Source: Octopus bimaculoides | Taxonomy: Eukaryota | Direction: 5' to 3' | Length of the DNA: 64,000 nucleotides | Assembly (NCBI RefSeq): GCF_001194135.2 | Contig: NC_068998.1 | Coordinates: 26,535,312-26,599,311 of the forward strand | Notes under the pieces: model-generated | Seen by the model: only the letters and a program-made list of their open reading frames with translations | Told to the model about the DNA's origin: nothing | Databases searched by the model: none | Translations under genes and position numbers: made by a program | Shown here: positions 43,428 to 56,900 of the stretch, piece after piece | Layout: every line of letters starts with the position of its first letter | How positions within the stretch are numbered: the stretch's first letter is position 1

Positions 43428-43568
43428 AGGTCTCTTTCCTCCTCTTCCACTCTCTCTTCATAAATAGCTGCCATATTTTTAGGTTCAGTTTGTTGAGCTG
43501 CCAATTCCCAAACAAGAGATAAGATCTCTGGCAGATGTTTTATTTTATTCAGATCAACAAATCTCAGA
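43428..43568 (-). CDS. Candidate internal exon of an unidentified host gene (LRFVDLNKIKHLPEILSLVWELAAQQTEPKNMAAIYEERVEEEERD)
   Basis: TAG acceptor after a pyrimidine tract and a GTAAGA donor. The open frame ends close to both splice sites, and 18 of 46 codons start with G. No homology was recognised. Confidence 0.35.
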
Positions 43569-45271
43569 CTACCGTTTCAGAATAAAAGGCAAAACGTTAC
43601 TTTGATATTAAATTATGTATTCCAGAACACATTTTTCTATACATGAATTGTTACATAGTCAGTCATGTTTTGCAAGACAAATATATAAACTGAACCAAAT
43701 ATCAAGCTAGCTTTAATACATCCTCACATTTACGTGTTCAATATATCTATGTACATCTGCATCTCTGTTGAAGATTTATGTTCTACTTTCTCCACCTTAG
43801 ATATAATTTCATTTACTTCCTAGCATTTTCTTTGCACAAGTAATTTTTGTAAAAATAGTTTCCAAACTTGTCTAGCTTTGTATATTTCCTGCCAAATGTT
43901 CAGACCATTTGATAATGCTGCCAAATTGTTGTTCCTTATAAAATGTATTTGATAAAGTTTATATGATATAACAACAGAATTTGATTATTCATAGTCTAGA
44001 GTTTGTTTCAGTGTTGCAGTTTATGAAATAATGCTGCATCCATTACATATTTTTTCTACCAATAAGCTGAATAGAAAACATCTGTATTGAGTGGAATGAA
44101 TTGACCAGCATATTTTATTTCCAGACTTGTTCACTTTGTATCTTGAACTAATTATTAGTAAGTTAAACATTTCTGCGGAAATAGATATAAATTGTAATCT
44201 ATAATAGCTTTATTCATGCGCTTTTGGGAAGAATGTGATTTGATTTACAAAACAACAAAGTAAAGTGTTAAATCAATATCTCGACTTGATTCATTCATTA
44301 TTGGCAGATAACTAATACTTATCTGAAATATACTAACCCAGATACAGGTGAATAATCATGCTATATCTGCACCATTGGCTGATTGATTGAAATGGAATTA
44401 CACATACAATTCTGTATAGTAGGACCTTTATGTACATGTCTGGTCTGATTTTGAAAATTCAGAAGTTTCAGGACAATTCATATCGAAAAAGGGGAGGATT
44501 CTTTTGTTAAGTAGTATAAAAATTTTGTTTACAAGTTAAACTAAATATTTTCTTTGATTAGGTGAATTGATGGGTAAAATATATTTAAGTTTTTCCCCCA
44601 AATGGAATTAGTTGTATCAAAAATCAGATCAGTTCTCTGAATCTCATAAGCATTGAGTATAAGGAAAATATTATTAAAGAACATATGTGTTGAAAGTGGT
44701 GACAAAAGAAACATTCAAGGCCTTAGCAAACCACACCTCAGTTAAGGGTTCAGCAAAGAAGAATTCACTTAAACTCTGTGAATCTGCTATTCTTCCAGCA
44801 TCACATGACTATTTCTGTTGATGGGGGTAAAATGCTCTTTGATACAATGAGATATTCTATACATATATTTATCTAAATTCAGTTTTTCACTATTTAAAAT
44901 ATTTACAGGTTAAACCTAGAAACATTATAATTTCAAAAAGACTCCTGAAAACAGCCCATATTGGGTTAAGCTTTAAATCTTGAAAGAAATTAAAAACATT
45001 TAGATATAGGTTTTCAAGAAACTTAACTGTTAGCAACACTGGTGTGATATGCTCTTAATTTGCAATCTGTACCATTGGAAAATTTGCTGCAATAACTTGA
45101 AAATGATATGGTATGTTCATTGAATTGGTAGAACAGTTAGATCAATAAACAAAACCACCTTACAATATTTACTTAAGGTAAGGCATTGAGCATTGGAATC
45201 AATTTAACCAACTTAACCCCTCCACCAAAATTGCTGGCCTAGTGCCAAAATTTGAAGCCAGTATTTACTTA

Positions 45272-45645
45272 AGGTAAAGCAGTCAGCTAGCAGAATCCTT
45301 AGCATCCTGGCCAAAATGCTTAGCAGCATTTTGTCCATCTTTAGATTCTGTATTTAAATTCTGTCAAGGCCAACTTTGCTTCTCATACTTTCAGAGTCAA
45401 TAAAGTACCAGTTGCATACTGGGGTCAATGTAATTGACTTAACCTTTTCCCGAAATTGCTGGCTTTATGTCAAAATTTGCTATCAGTAATTTACATTCTA
45501 AATTCAAATATCACTAAGTTCCACTTCTCCTTTCATCCTTGAGGAGCTGATAAAATACAGTAGCAGTCAAGTACAAGACTCGATGATGTTGACTAATCAT
45601 TTCCCCTCAAAAGTGCTAGCCTTATGCCTAAATCAGAAACTGTTG
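45272..45645 (+). mobile_element. Two tandem CpG-decayed SINE family A copies
   Basis: A full copy at ~45272-45490 and a partial copy at ~45493-45645. A further fragment lies at ~45170-45260. Confidence 0.75.
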
Positions 45646-46620
45646 TTGTTGTTGTTACTGATGTTGTTGATTAGTTTGTAGAGGATGATCTTTGAGCAAA
45701 CCTATCCTATTGTTATTTCGTCTCTGGTGTTTATTGTTTGAAGAAACTTACGTTATTGTTGTTGTGTAGTCTCTTGTGTGTCTTAACCAAGCAGATGTAT
45801 TTTGCTTTGTAGTCTCAGCCGAGTTCTATCTGAGAAGACCTTGGTCACATTGGTAATCAATGAAATACGTTTCATTCATAGTCAGAGATATACTATTTCC
45901 TGACCCCGTTAAATATTACACTGTAAACTCCTATATGTAGTATTATTTGTATTGAGTATAGTGTTGTAGTCGAGTCATATTAATTTTTTTTACTGTCTAG
46001 AATTTTCATGTATGCTGGTTCTACTGTTTTAAGTAGATAGCAATTAATTTCTCCTTGAGTATGTTTTCCTTAGTTCTTTATTGCAGCTGTCATGGTTAAG
46101 GTCATGCTGGAGCACAGCTTTCATTTGCTGCCAGTTTGAAACATTCTCCAAAGATCTACTTTTAACCAGTAGTTAGATAAACATACATGCATGGCATTAA
46201 GAAAACTCAATAAAATGCGTACAGTGCATTTGAACTGAAAAACCAACATGTTAATTAGTAATTTTGTTTCCTGTATTGTTGCAGAATATACTCCTAATTA
46301 GTCTAAATGATTATGTCTTGCGTGTTGGGCTAATAAGTGCAGTTGGTTCACCGACATTCAGAATTGTGTCAACTGAACGTGTTAAAGATTGTATCAAAAG
46401 CTAATCGATGGTTCTTTTATTATTTTTGTATTGATGTAGATTTACTTGTTGCTAAATGGATGCAGATTTCAGTATACAATTTGCTCTTCGTATGCAGGAC
46501 TTGTTTCGCTTTAGCTTTCACAAATAAAGTGTAAAGTAAGAAGCACCTGAAAACCTGTAACAAAAGTCACAGATCTTTTAATTCTGTGCACCATACACAT
46601 ATATTATTTTTTTTTATATA

Positions 46621-46983
46621 TTCTACTTGTTTCAGTCATTAGACTGCAATCATGCTGGAGTATCACCTTCAAGAGTTAAATCAACCCTAGTATTTCTTTT
46701 TAAGCCTGATACTTATTCTGTCAGACCTTTTTGCTGAACCACAAAGTTATGGGGACTTAAACACACCAACATTGATTGTTAAGTGGCAGTGGGGAACAAA
46801 CATACACATATGCATATATATATATACAACAGGTTTCTTTCAGTTTCTGTCTACCACTTACAAGGCTTTGGTTAGCCAAAGGCTATAGTAGAAGACACTT
46901 ACCCAAGATGTCATATATTGAGACTGAACCTGGAACCCAGTGGTTGGGAAGCAAGCTTCTTACCACACAGCTATGCCTGCACC
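46621..46983 (-). mobile_element. SINE family B, CpG-decayed
   Basis: Collinear with the 11068-11433 copy, with CpGs lost. Further fragments lie at ~49165-49220 and ~50085-50215. Confidence 0.85.
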
Positions 46984-48091
46984 TATACCCCACTTCTGTT
47001 TTTTTGTACCTTCTGCAATTTAGTTTTTAATATTAGAAAATAGCTGTTAACATCTTTCTCAACAAATCACTTGTTCTGAAGAAAGGAACGTTATGAGTGG
47101 CTACTCTTCTCAGCACAATGCAGATAATTCACAGAGACAGACAAACAGCTGAATACCAGTCCCAGTATTTTACCGATCGACACAAGAAAGGTGAAAGCAA
47201 AACTGACCTCAGAGAAATTTGAACTCAGACCAGAAAGAACCTGAACAAATACTTCTAGGTATTGCATCCAACGCTCTCATGAATTCAACATATTTAAATG
47301 TTATTTAAATAACACAATCAGTATAATAATAACACTTGTTTCAAGCAACAAGCACTGTTATTAATTCATTTGTAATTTATTTCCGATAATCTTTAGATTA
47401 TGTAATCATTCTACATGATTCTTCCACTCCTTATTGAATAGGTGTCAAATATTGCTTCTCGTCAACTAATATAATCTTTATCATCGATTGTATTGATTAT
47501 GTCATAGCTCAGGTGCTTGCAATCATCTCCTTCCTGCTTAACAGATTTCACCTTTCTTTCTCATCTCGTAATTCTCATTAAATGCCAATCACATCTAATG
47601 TTCTAATACTACGAACGAACAATGGAGCTCATATTTGGTTGCTTGAATTGTTAGAAATAGCAACCAAATTTCCTTTAGTTGCTATTTCTACTTGTTTATT
47701 GTCCTTAAAAGAAATCATATTGTATGGTGTACTGTACTAGTTACGCTATACTTGGAAAACAAGGTGGTCTGGTCATGGCTCGAACACCTTTGATGTACTT
47801 GATATGAATGACCTAACAAGCCGAAAAAGGATGTTTTACATAGTAACTCAGACAGGCTGAAAGATCAGTCAAATGTCCCTCAAATTGTGTCCTGCAGTCT
47901 TAAAAAACGCAGGACATGTTGAATAATGCAGTTTTACTTGACCCTGAAAAGGTGAGATGACCCCATTAAAGGTTTTCTTAACTAGGATTAATCTCAGGTT
48001 AAACAACAACATTATATGCTCCAGGTATCACTAGGCCATTCTTTTCTTGCCTCCTCAAACTATATACATAGCACATCATTACTCATGCCCA

Positions 48092-48245
48092 TTGCTAAGG
48101 GAATGTACTGGACGACACTGCTCCCTCACTATTCAATGGTGCACCCTCAGATTTACTTATTTTAAAACTCCACTTTAGAATTATTACAAATTAGTGCCTG
48201 CCCAGAATATTCTGAAGCACCCCTAAGCACCAAAGTCTGATGACA
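48092..48245. repeat. Second, CpG-decayed copy of the 21812-21985 repeat
   Basis: Direct alignment by eye. Confidence 0.75.
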
Positions 48246-48953
48246 ATGCTCTAAGAAATACTTTCTATCAATTAACGCGGCAGTTGATTGCAAACATTGT
48301 TTTTATGCCATTACAAATGCTTGTAGACGTTATCATTAGACCCATGACTAATTAATAATAATTAGATGACTAATTGTTCAAGGAACAGGTTTAGGCTGTA
48401 TACCACAGATATATATAAATGGTGCTCGTTGTTTGAGAGTAATGGTATATATTAGCAATTATTATTAGATGTTGCTTATTGTTTCTAGTTTCTTTCTCAC
48501 AGATTAGTTTCTATCGGTGTCAAAAGGACAGCAGGTGTCAGAATTGCTGGATAGTCTGATAAAATGATTTACAATATTTAATGAACTTGATTTTATGAAT
48601 TCAAATCTGTTTTAAGGTTGATTTTACCATCTCTCTTCATGGTATTGATAAAAATATGTGCTAAAGCCAAGCACTAACAATATCATAAATTAATATTTTT
48701 CAGAGAATAGGACCACAAGCTAACAGAGTTGTTAGCACCGGAGCGAAATGCTTAGCAACATTTCGTCCATCTTTATGTTCTGAGTTCAAATTCCACTGAG
48801 GTTAACTTTACCTTCTTCCTTTTCAGATAACCAATATCTTAACTCTTCTTGTAGCAGAATTGATTTGTTTTCTTTTGAAGCCATCCAATGAATGGCTAAT
48901 GGCATGGAACTCCAGGTTATCAACGTCTTACTTTTCAGATCCACTCTAGTTAG

Positions 48954-49105
48954 TTAGGCGTTAGGAAGGGCATCCAGCTGTAGAAACTCTGCCAAATTAG
49001 ATTGGAGCCTGGTGTTGCCATCCGGTTTCACCAGTCCTCAGTCAAATCGTCCAACCCATGCTAGCATGGAAAGCGGACGTTAAACGATGATGATGATGAT
49101 GATGA

Positions 49106-49109
<4 letters not shown>
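48954..49109 (+). mobile_element. Retroposon family D, opposite orientation
   Basis: Reverse complement of 38908-39065, ending GGACGTTAAAC(GAT)n. Confidence 0.9.
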
Positions 49110-49154
<45 letters not shown>

Positions 49155-49635
49155 CATATATATATTTTTTTACTAGTTTCAGTCATTTGATTGTGGTCAT
49201 GCTGGAGCACTGCCTTAAATATTTGTGTGTGTGTGTGTGTGTGTATGTGTGCCTGTATTTTTCAGCAAAGTATATCAGTGAAAGATATAGACATGCACAG
49301 GGAAAAAAAAGATGCTCTTTGAACAAAGTCCTGTTATAGCCACTGTTCTCCCAATCACAGTGTCAAGAATAAAGTGAGATAGACCCATTATAAATGTAGA
49401 ACCAATGGCTGTATTGTTCATCAGTTAAGATACTAAATAACTACCTTATAGTCTTTCAGAATACCTGCTCCAGTTGTTATTGCCAATAGACGTAGACAAA
49501 AAAACATACTTTATAGTATTTTTATATTAATTTTATCAATTTTGTATATCCTTTATTCAAAGCACACCAGATCAAGTTTACTTTTATATTTAAAGTGCTA
49601 ATAAAAAGGGGCCATCATCGCGATGGTGATCATGG

Positions 49636-49682
<47 letters not shown>

Positions 49683-49953
49683 TTCTCCTTCTTCTTCTCC
49701 TCCATCATCATCATTTTCAATTTAACATTCACTTTTCCTTGCTTGCATGTGTATTGGACAGTTTTCACTGAAGCAGATATTTTATGGACAGATACTCTTT
49801 TTGTCACCAACCATCATTTGCTTCCAAGCAAGGTAATGTTTCCCCATGCCCAGAAATGTTTCTACAGAATATTGGAAAAGAATAATATCACTCGTAGTAC
49901 AGTGACACTCGTTTACAACTCAAGGGATGTCAAGACAAGTAAACACATACACA

Positions 49954-50065
<112 letters not shown>

Positions 50066-53032
50066 CAGTGGATTCCCTTCTGCTTCCATCTTCCAAATCC
50101 AGTCATAAAACTTAGGTTGTCCTGAGACTGTAGGTAGTAGAAAGATACTAGCCCAAGTAGGACTGAACCCAAAAACTACATGGTTAGGAAGAAAAACTTT
50201 TTAACTACACACCCAAGCTTACCCTTAACCTTATTAAATTCAATTTATTTTCCTGCTTATATTTTGTCATAAGATATTTAGTGCCAAAATTACTAGATAA
50301 TTTCCTGACATGGATTTTAATTTCTGTTGTATAATCATTATATTTCACTTAAACTGTTAATGTATTTAAGAAAAGTATATATCACACACATTCACATTCA
50401 TCATACCCTAAAAATATCAGATATCTTGCTTCTGGCATGTGATAAATACTATTGGAAATTAATTGGTTGCACTTGATTAGGTTTTAACATTATTGTTGTT
50501 GAAACAGTAACTCTCAGAAATAAAATTTCACTCCATTTTGGAATAAACACATTATCAATGATCAATTAACCTACTTGTATGAATTATGACAAACTTTATC
50601 TAGGTTAGCATCAACCATTTCCGCTACCAATGTCAACCTTTGCTTTGCTAAATCACATCCTCACAGCTTTTCTCACTAAATTCTGTCATCTCTTCTATCC
50701 AGCCTAATCTCACCCATCAAGTACAGACACCACAATGTAGTCTTTTTCCTATTGATATTAACCCAGTCTATGTTTGGTCTGTAGGTCTTTATCAAATTGT
50801 TTTTGTATTATAACTTCAGTTACCATTAAGAGAATTTTGTTTTGTTCACATATGTTCTAGATATTGTAATAATGTTATTCATCTCTTTGCTAATTCATGT
50901 TTTGTGTATAAATAAATTTCTTTCTTGGAAGATTCAGTTCCCTTTCCCATCAGTTAGATGAATGGAAATGCATAAAATTAGCCAATTCTGTATATGATTG
51001 CTATGATTAGAAATCAAAATCTATGTATTACTGAACCACTTCATACATAATATGCTGCTAATTATGATAGTTTAATGAACATGGGAGTGGGTTTAATGCA
51101 TATAAATCAAGTGCGTGTACTATGTTAAAACAATATTATGTACAATAAATTTATGTAGAAATTTATATTTTAGTTCAAGTCAAATGCTCATTACTAAATC
51201 TGGCTTAATTACTTCAATAAAACACTCATATGTTTTTAACAGTTATAGTACTGACATATCAGTCTTTCTGTATTTAACAGCTAAAACTGACATTATGAAA
51301 CTTTGTACAGTTAACAGATCCATGGTGCTAATGACTTTCTCTCATCAAGGAGAATATTTCCAAGATTTCAGAAACCTTTAAGCTAATCACAAGTGAGTTT
51401 AAATATCTTGGAGGATCACAACTTTGATCAATGCAGTACTTGGTGTTTAATTCCCTTGTAACCATAACACAGTTATGTTAAGACAACAGGAGCCTCTATG
51501 ATTGCAGAAAGATACCAGTGGAACTTTCTTTTGTGGTTTGCAATCATGCCTTCTCTCAGTGCATGAGGGTCAGTGACACAACCAGCCATCAGTAGGATTT
51601 GAATCCTCAGACAGAATCTGAACTCACACCAAAAAGCTTGAACAGATATCACAAAGTATTTCAAATAGTTTTTCTAATCCTTCACTTTGGAGTGACCTTG
51701 AAAGGATGAAAAGCAAATTAAACCCAGCAGGATCTGAATTCAGGGTGCAGAGAGAGATGGAATGAATATTGCAATACATAATACCTGATACTTTATTATT
51801 CTGACATTTTCACACCTTAAATGTTAATACTGATGTCATTAACTGTTCTACAGATATAACACTGACATAAACCCTTATACTGCTAACAAATATCATTGAG
51901 ACATTACTATCACAAAACATAATATTGATGATATCAATCATTGTATTAACAGATGTAGTGCTGAAATTATCACCTTTTGTGCAGTTAACAGACATAAATA
52001 GATATTAACAACCTTTATACAATTAACCATGGTAATCTTTGTACAATTAACTGATGTATTGTTCAATATAATAGTGGGAACTTCCTTCTAATTTTCTTGA
52101 AATGCTCTGGACTCTTTCTAACATAAGGAAAAGTGTTCATCTGTTGAAGTGACTTATAATTTAAGACCTAGCTAGCAATGAATATATTTTGATTTATTAT
52201 TCGACAAAGTTCAAGGTCTTACAAGTATATAGTTTTCTTAATTAGCTGAGGATATTACAAATGTCTGCAGCAGGATAAAATGAACAACAACAGTATACTT
52301 TCTTACATCATACATTTAGTAGGATGTTTTCATTTACATCATACACCTTACATCATACATTTAGTAGGATGTTTTCAAATAGTGTAACACAAAGCCAGTT
52401 TGTCACTTCTAGCAATATCATTACTCCAATAAATCTTAAATCTTCAAGTAAAACTTTAGAGACCTTAATCAATGTATTTGAAGATTTTAATTGAAATCAT
52501 TTGATGGAAATTATAAAGCTATTAATAATTTAAGTTTTTATTAAATATTATTCCAGTCAGGTTTTACATTTCAGTGAAGTATCTAAATCATATTTAAACC
52601 TCTTTATACTAAATCAGCCTAAAATAGTTAATTACACAAGTTTCAGGTTGTTGTTTTTAATCAACCTTTTCATGTTTTGTTTAAGAATTAATGATTAAAT
52701 AATGGTGTTTCACACTAAATTTACAGAAATTAGCTGCATTGTTCGGTATCGTCGAATAACAATGTCGTGGAAATAGCCTAGTGAGTAGTTTGATGTTTTC
52801 TAGATAGTATATAATAGTAACAATAATGTAACTGGAAAGTTTCAGCTGAAATTTTATATTGTTCATTCACATCGCTCTAAAAATATACTGATATTATCTG
52901 CTTTGATACAAAAGTTGGTAGCCAACGTTATGTATATTGTGTGTATATACATACATGTGAATGTGACTTACTATAATAATTTCTAATAAATGTCTTTGTA
53001 ACTGAACTATACAATGATTCTTTGGTTTCTAG

Positions 53033-53110
53033 ATTTATCCTAAACTACCAGAGCAAAAATGAATCAGAAAAAGAAAAAGCATTAGGTGGTTGGTGCAGCT
53101 TAGTGCTAAT
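53033..53110 (+). CDS. Candidate exon on the opposite strand (FILNYQSKNESEKEKALGGWCSLVL)
   Basis: TTTGGTTTCTAG acceptor, GTAAGA donor and a 78-nt open frame. It conflicts in strand with the minus-strand candidates. Confidence 0.2.
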
Positions 53111-55364
53111 GTAAGACAGAATTTCATTCTCTATTCAACTTGCCAGTGACTGCCTTTGAGGTCGAAGTAGCAGCAGTAGCAACAGCAGCATCAGCCTTTT
53201 GTGCTTATTTTTTCTATGCTGGCATAGGTTTGAGAGGTTTTCTGAGGCAGTGTTTTACAGCTGGATGTCCTTCCTGTTCTCAGCTCTTTTAATCATCTCT
53301 TGCAGCATGTAGGGAAGTAGTGCACTGATTCTAAAATTAAGATACACACAATATGCCTTTGAGATGAAAACAATTGAATATAAGTTAGCCACTTAATTTA
53401 CCTTCATTACTCCTGAGATATGGATGGGTAAAAATCATCTAGAGAAAACATAAATGATTAAAATTTCATCAAACCCCAGTGAAAAAAATATTCCGATCCA
53501 TTATTTAATATGAATGAATGTAACAAATATACAAAACAGTGCGATTTCTTATGATATAATACTCAATGCCTAGATTAATGTATCAAATAAGATTACTGAA
53601 CTAAAGTTAACCAACCAATTTATGAATAAACTTAATAAATATTAGAAGAATGATAGATTTGAAACACTTTTCTGTGAAGATTCATTACAAATCATTTGAC
53701 ATTTATGGTTAAATGCTTCTGTTGCAGAAAATAAGGTAAAATTTTAAGTTACTTTCTTAGATTAATCTTATAATTAGTTCTCCTAATTTTTATTCTTTCT
53801 GCCTTTCCTCTGAAAACAAAATCTCCCCCAAATTAAACTCTCAAAGAAATCCACAAAACCTACAGAGGATATTAGTATCTCATTTTAATTTGCCATCTGC
53901 ATTTCTTAAAAGAATTCAATTAATGCAATATTTTTTCTCTTTTACACTGTCAAATGTTTCACAACTGAGTAACTACTCGTTAATATTAATGAACATTTAA
54001 CAAACTCGATATGAAGGTTAGCTGGTGATTAGCGCTTTCTAGGGTTTTATGAACAATTTCTTATTCTTCAATTCTCCTCATTGAGAAACACTTCAGTGCT
54101 TGCAACATTTTATAGCCTCATGAGCATAAATTGATTTTTAACTACCCAGCATTTCAGAAAAGGTAATAATCAAATACACCAAAATATTATTTCCTTTTAG
54201 TAATATTTTATATTTTGCAGCAATTTATTTTACCATATTTTATTTTTATAATTATTTGTTTTAAGGTTACTTTCGATAAGAAAACATTAAACTTTGTTTT
54301 AAAACGTTCTAAATGTTCTCTTTAATAACTCCATATTTGTCCTTTTGCCAAAGTGGTTGGTTGAATTCCTATAATTGAACTATCCTAACCTACCCAAAAA
54401 GTGCTGATTATAAACATGCATCAACAATTTAAGATATTAATTAGAATTAAGGTAATAATCTTTCTCAATAATTGTCTACCATGATATAAAAGCAAAACAC
54501 AATTACTGAAATGACTTCCATCTTTACTTGTTGTAAATGTAGGTTAATTAGTTTTTTCTCATTCTTTCAAAGAAAATTAATAGTTCCATTTTTATATTAC
54601 CTTAATTATATGAATCTATGTATTGACTAAAAGCTTTTATTCACCAAATAAACTCAGCTATGAAACATTAATTATTCCATTTGAATTTTTTCTTTAGAAA
54701 TAAAAATATATCTCTTTAAAAATAATTGCATTAATTTTGTCATTGTATTACTGGTACTTCCCCCAGAAAAAGTTGACTTCAAGAAAAAATCAGTATTAAC
54801 AATTTCAATACTAGTGTTGCAATGTTATTCTTTGATCATGAAAGATTATTGTTAAATTTCTGTACTAACAAAGATTGATTAATCAACATTCGTACATCAG
54901 GTGGTTTAAACCTAATTATTGCAGACATACTGCTAATGCATGTAATCATTTCATGTAAAATCAAAATTAATTAGTAATATTTTCCTTAATAAGTAGGTTT
55001 GATGGTTATGTTTTGTAAACTCTTTCTTAAAATTATTTCCATTATCATTAGATCCATTCCATTCTATGAATGAATTATCCCAAACTTTTACCATTTTCCC
55101 TCTCTTAATAACTAATACTTGAATATCATGTTCATTACTTTTGTGGGGACTCTTAATTTAAAACATCGACAATTTACACATCTAAGCTGCACTGCTACAA
55201 TGCATATTTGTATTATATGGGAACATTTACAGTACCAAGGCATAAGGAAAGATATGGTCTGAGGCATTAGATTTGATTACTTTTACTGTAAACAACTAAA
55301 CCTCCTCTCACATATGGCAATAATAATTATCATAATAATCAAAAAGGATCAAAGGTCCTTCCCA

Positions 55365-55590
55365 AGCCATAGGTTCATAAAGCCAGTCTCCCAAATTCTG
55401 CGGTGTATGTATTCCCCCAACCCTGGACGGCACGCTGCTCCATCTCACGATTACTCATTTTTGCTGGCTGAGTGGAGTGGGGCAATGTGAAATGAGGTAT
55501 TTTATTCAAGAACTCAATGCATCACCCAATCCAGGAAGCTGCAATCTTACAATCATGAGTAAAATACCCTCACCACTAAGCCACACCCCA
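55365..55590 (-). mobile_element. SINE related to family C with a V-SINE-like segment
   Basis: CCCTGGACGGCACGCTGCTCCATC (V-domain-like, from memory) is joined to the family C head. Confidence 0.55.
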
Positions 55591-55622
55591 CTACAACAAC
55601 AATAATAAGGATAATAATAATA

Positions 55623-55828
55623 ATCCTTTCTACTGGAAGCACAAGGCCTCAAATTTTGAGGAAGGGATCAAGTCGATTACATCGACCCCAGTGCGTAACT
55701 GGTACACCCCGAAAGGATGAAAGGTAAAGTCGACCTCGGCAGAATTTGAACTCAGAACGTAGTGACAGGCGAAATACCGCTAAGCATTCCGTCTGGCGTG
55801 CTAACGATTCTGCCAGCTCACCACCGCC

Positions 55829-55903
<75 letters not shown>

Positions 55904-56118
55904 TCCTTTTTGCTATAAGCACAAGGCCTGAAATTTTGGGGGAGGAGGCCAGTGGATTAGATCGACCCCAGTACGCAACTGGTACTTAATTTATCAACCC
56001 TGAGAGGATGAAAGGCAAAGTCGACTTCGGTGGAATTTGAACTCAGAACGTAGCGACGGGCGAAATGCCCCTAAGCATATCGTCCAGCGTGCTAACGACT
56101 CTGTTAGCTCACCGCCTT
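55623..56118 (-). mobile_element. Two tandem SINE family A copies separated by (AAT)n
   Basis: Copies at 55623-55829 and 55902-56118 with CpGs retained. (AAT)n tracts lie at 55830-55900 and 56120-56190. Confidence 0.9.
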
Positions 56119-56120
56119 AT

Positions 56121-56151
<31 letters not shown>

Positions 56152-56783
56152 GTAATAATAGTAATAATAGTAATAATAATAATAATAATAGCAACGAGAT
56201 ACACAGTAACAACATAACGGTTGATTGAACACCTAATTAAACATTTAAAACAATTTTGGGACCGTATGTAACAAAAATAAAAAATATTGAAATAAAAACA
56301 TATCACCCTACCCTCCAAGCATCGCAATATCTGGTTTGAAGTTTGCTTGAAACAGTTTTGGGGAATGGAAATAGTCCAAGTATTGATATGTTCAAAACTT
56401 TGGGGTAGTTGCCATTTGACACATTGAACACCTAAGCAATGGTCATCTCAATAGCCTAACCATTGCAAACAGAGTACCTAAGTCTAAGAGATATTCTTAT
56501 TGGTTTACACCACCACCATCGCCACTTGTCCACTTATATTTTATAAACTACTCTTCGAGATATTTATCAGGATAATTCGGCTTTGAAAATAAGCAGTGTA
56601 ATTCCCGTAGAGAAGAAGGGGTGTTTGGATAAAGTTCTATGAAACAATTGCGTCGACAAAATGGTACTGGATGACGCTAAGACACGTAAACAGAACCTTT
56701 AATGTGCTTAGAACTATGGTGAGAAGATATAACACTGAAACTAAACAATTCCGTATTCTGCAAATATTTAGGGATAGACAGGA

Positions 56784-56807
56784 TAAGGGTTAGGGTTAGG
56801 GTTAGGG
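56784..56807 (+). repeat. Short interstitial telomere-type repeat TAAGGG(TTAGGG)3
   Basis: Read directly. Confidence 0.8.
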
Positions 56808-56900
56808 TTTTCTTAATTAGCTGTGGATATTACAAATGTCTGCAGCAGGATAAAATGAACAACAACAGTATACTTTCTTAGCTGAGGATATATATATATA

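Noticed and set aside
49770-49842. Plus-strand exon-like segment with an AAG|GTAATG donor
   Set aside because: It appears to be a decayed piece of a dispersed repeat related to family D.
56784-56807. True telomere or chromosome fusion site
   Set aside because: Only three perfect units and no head-to-head arrangement.
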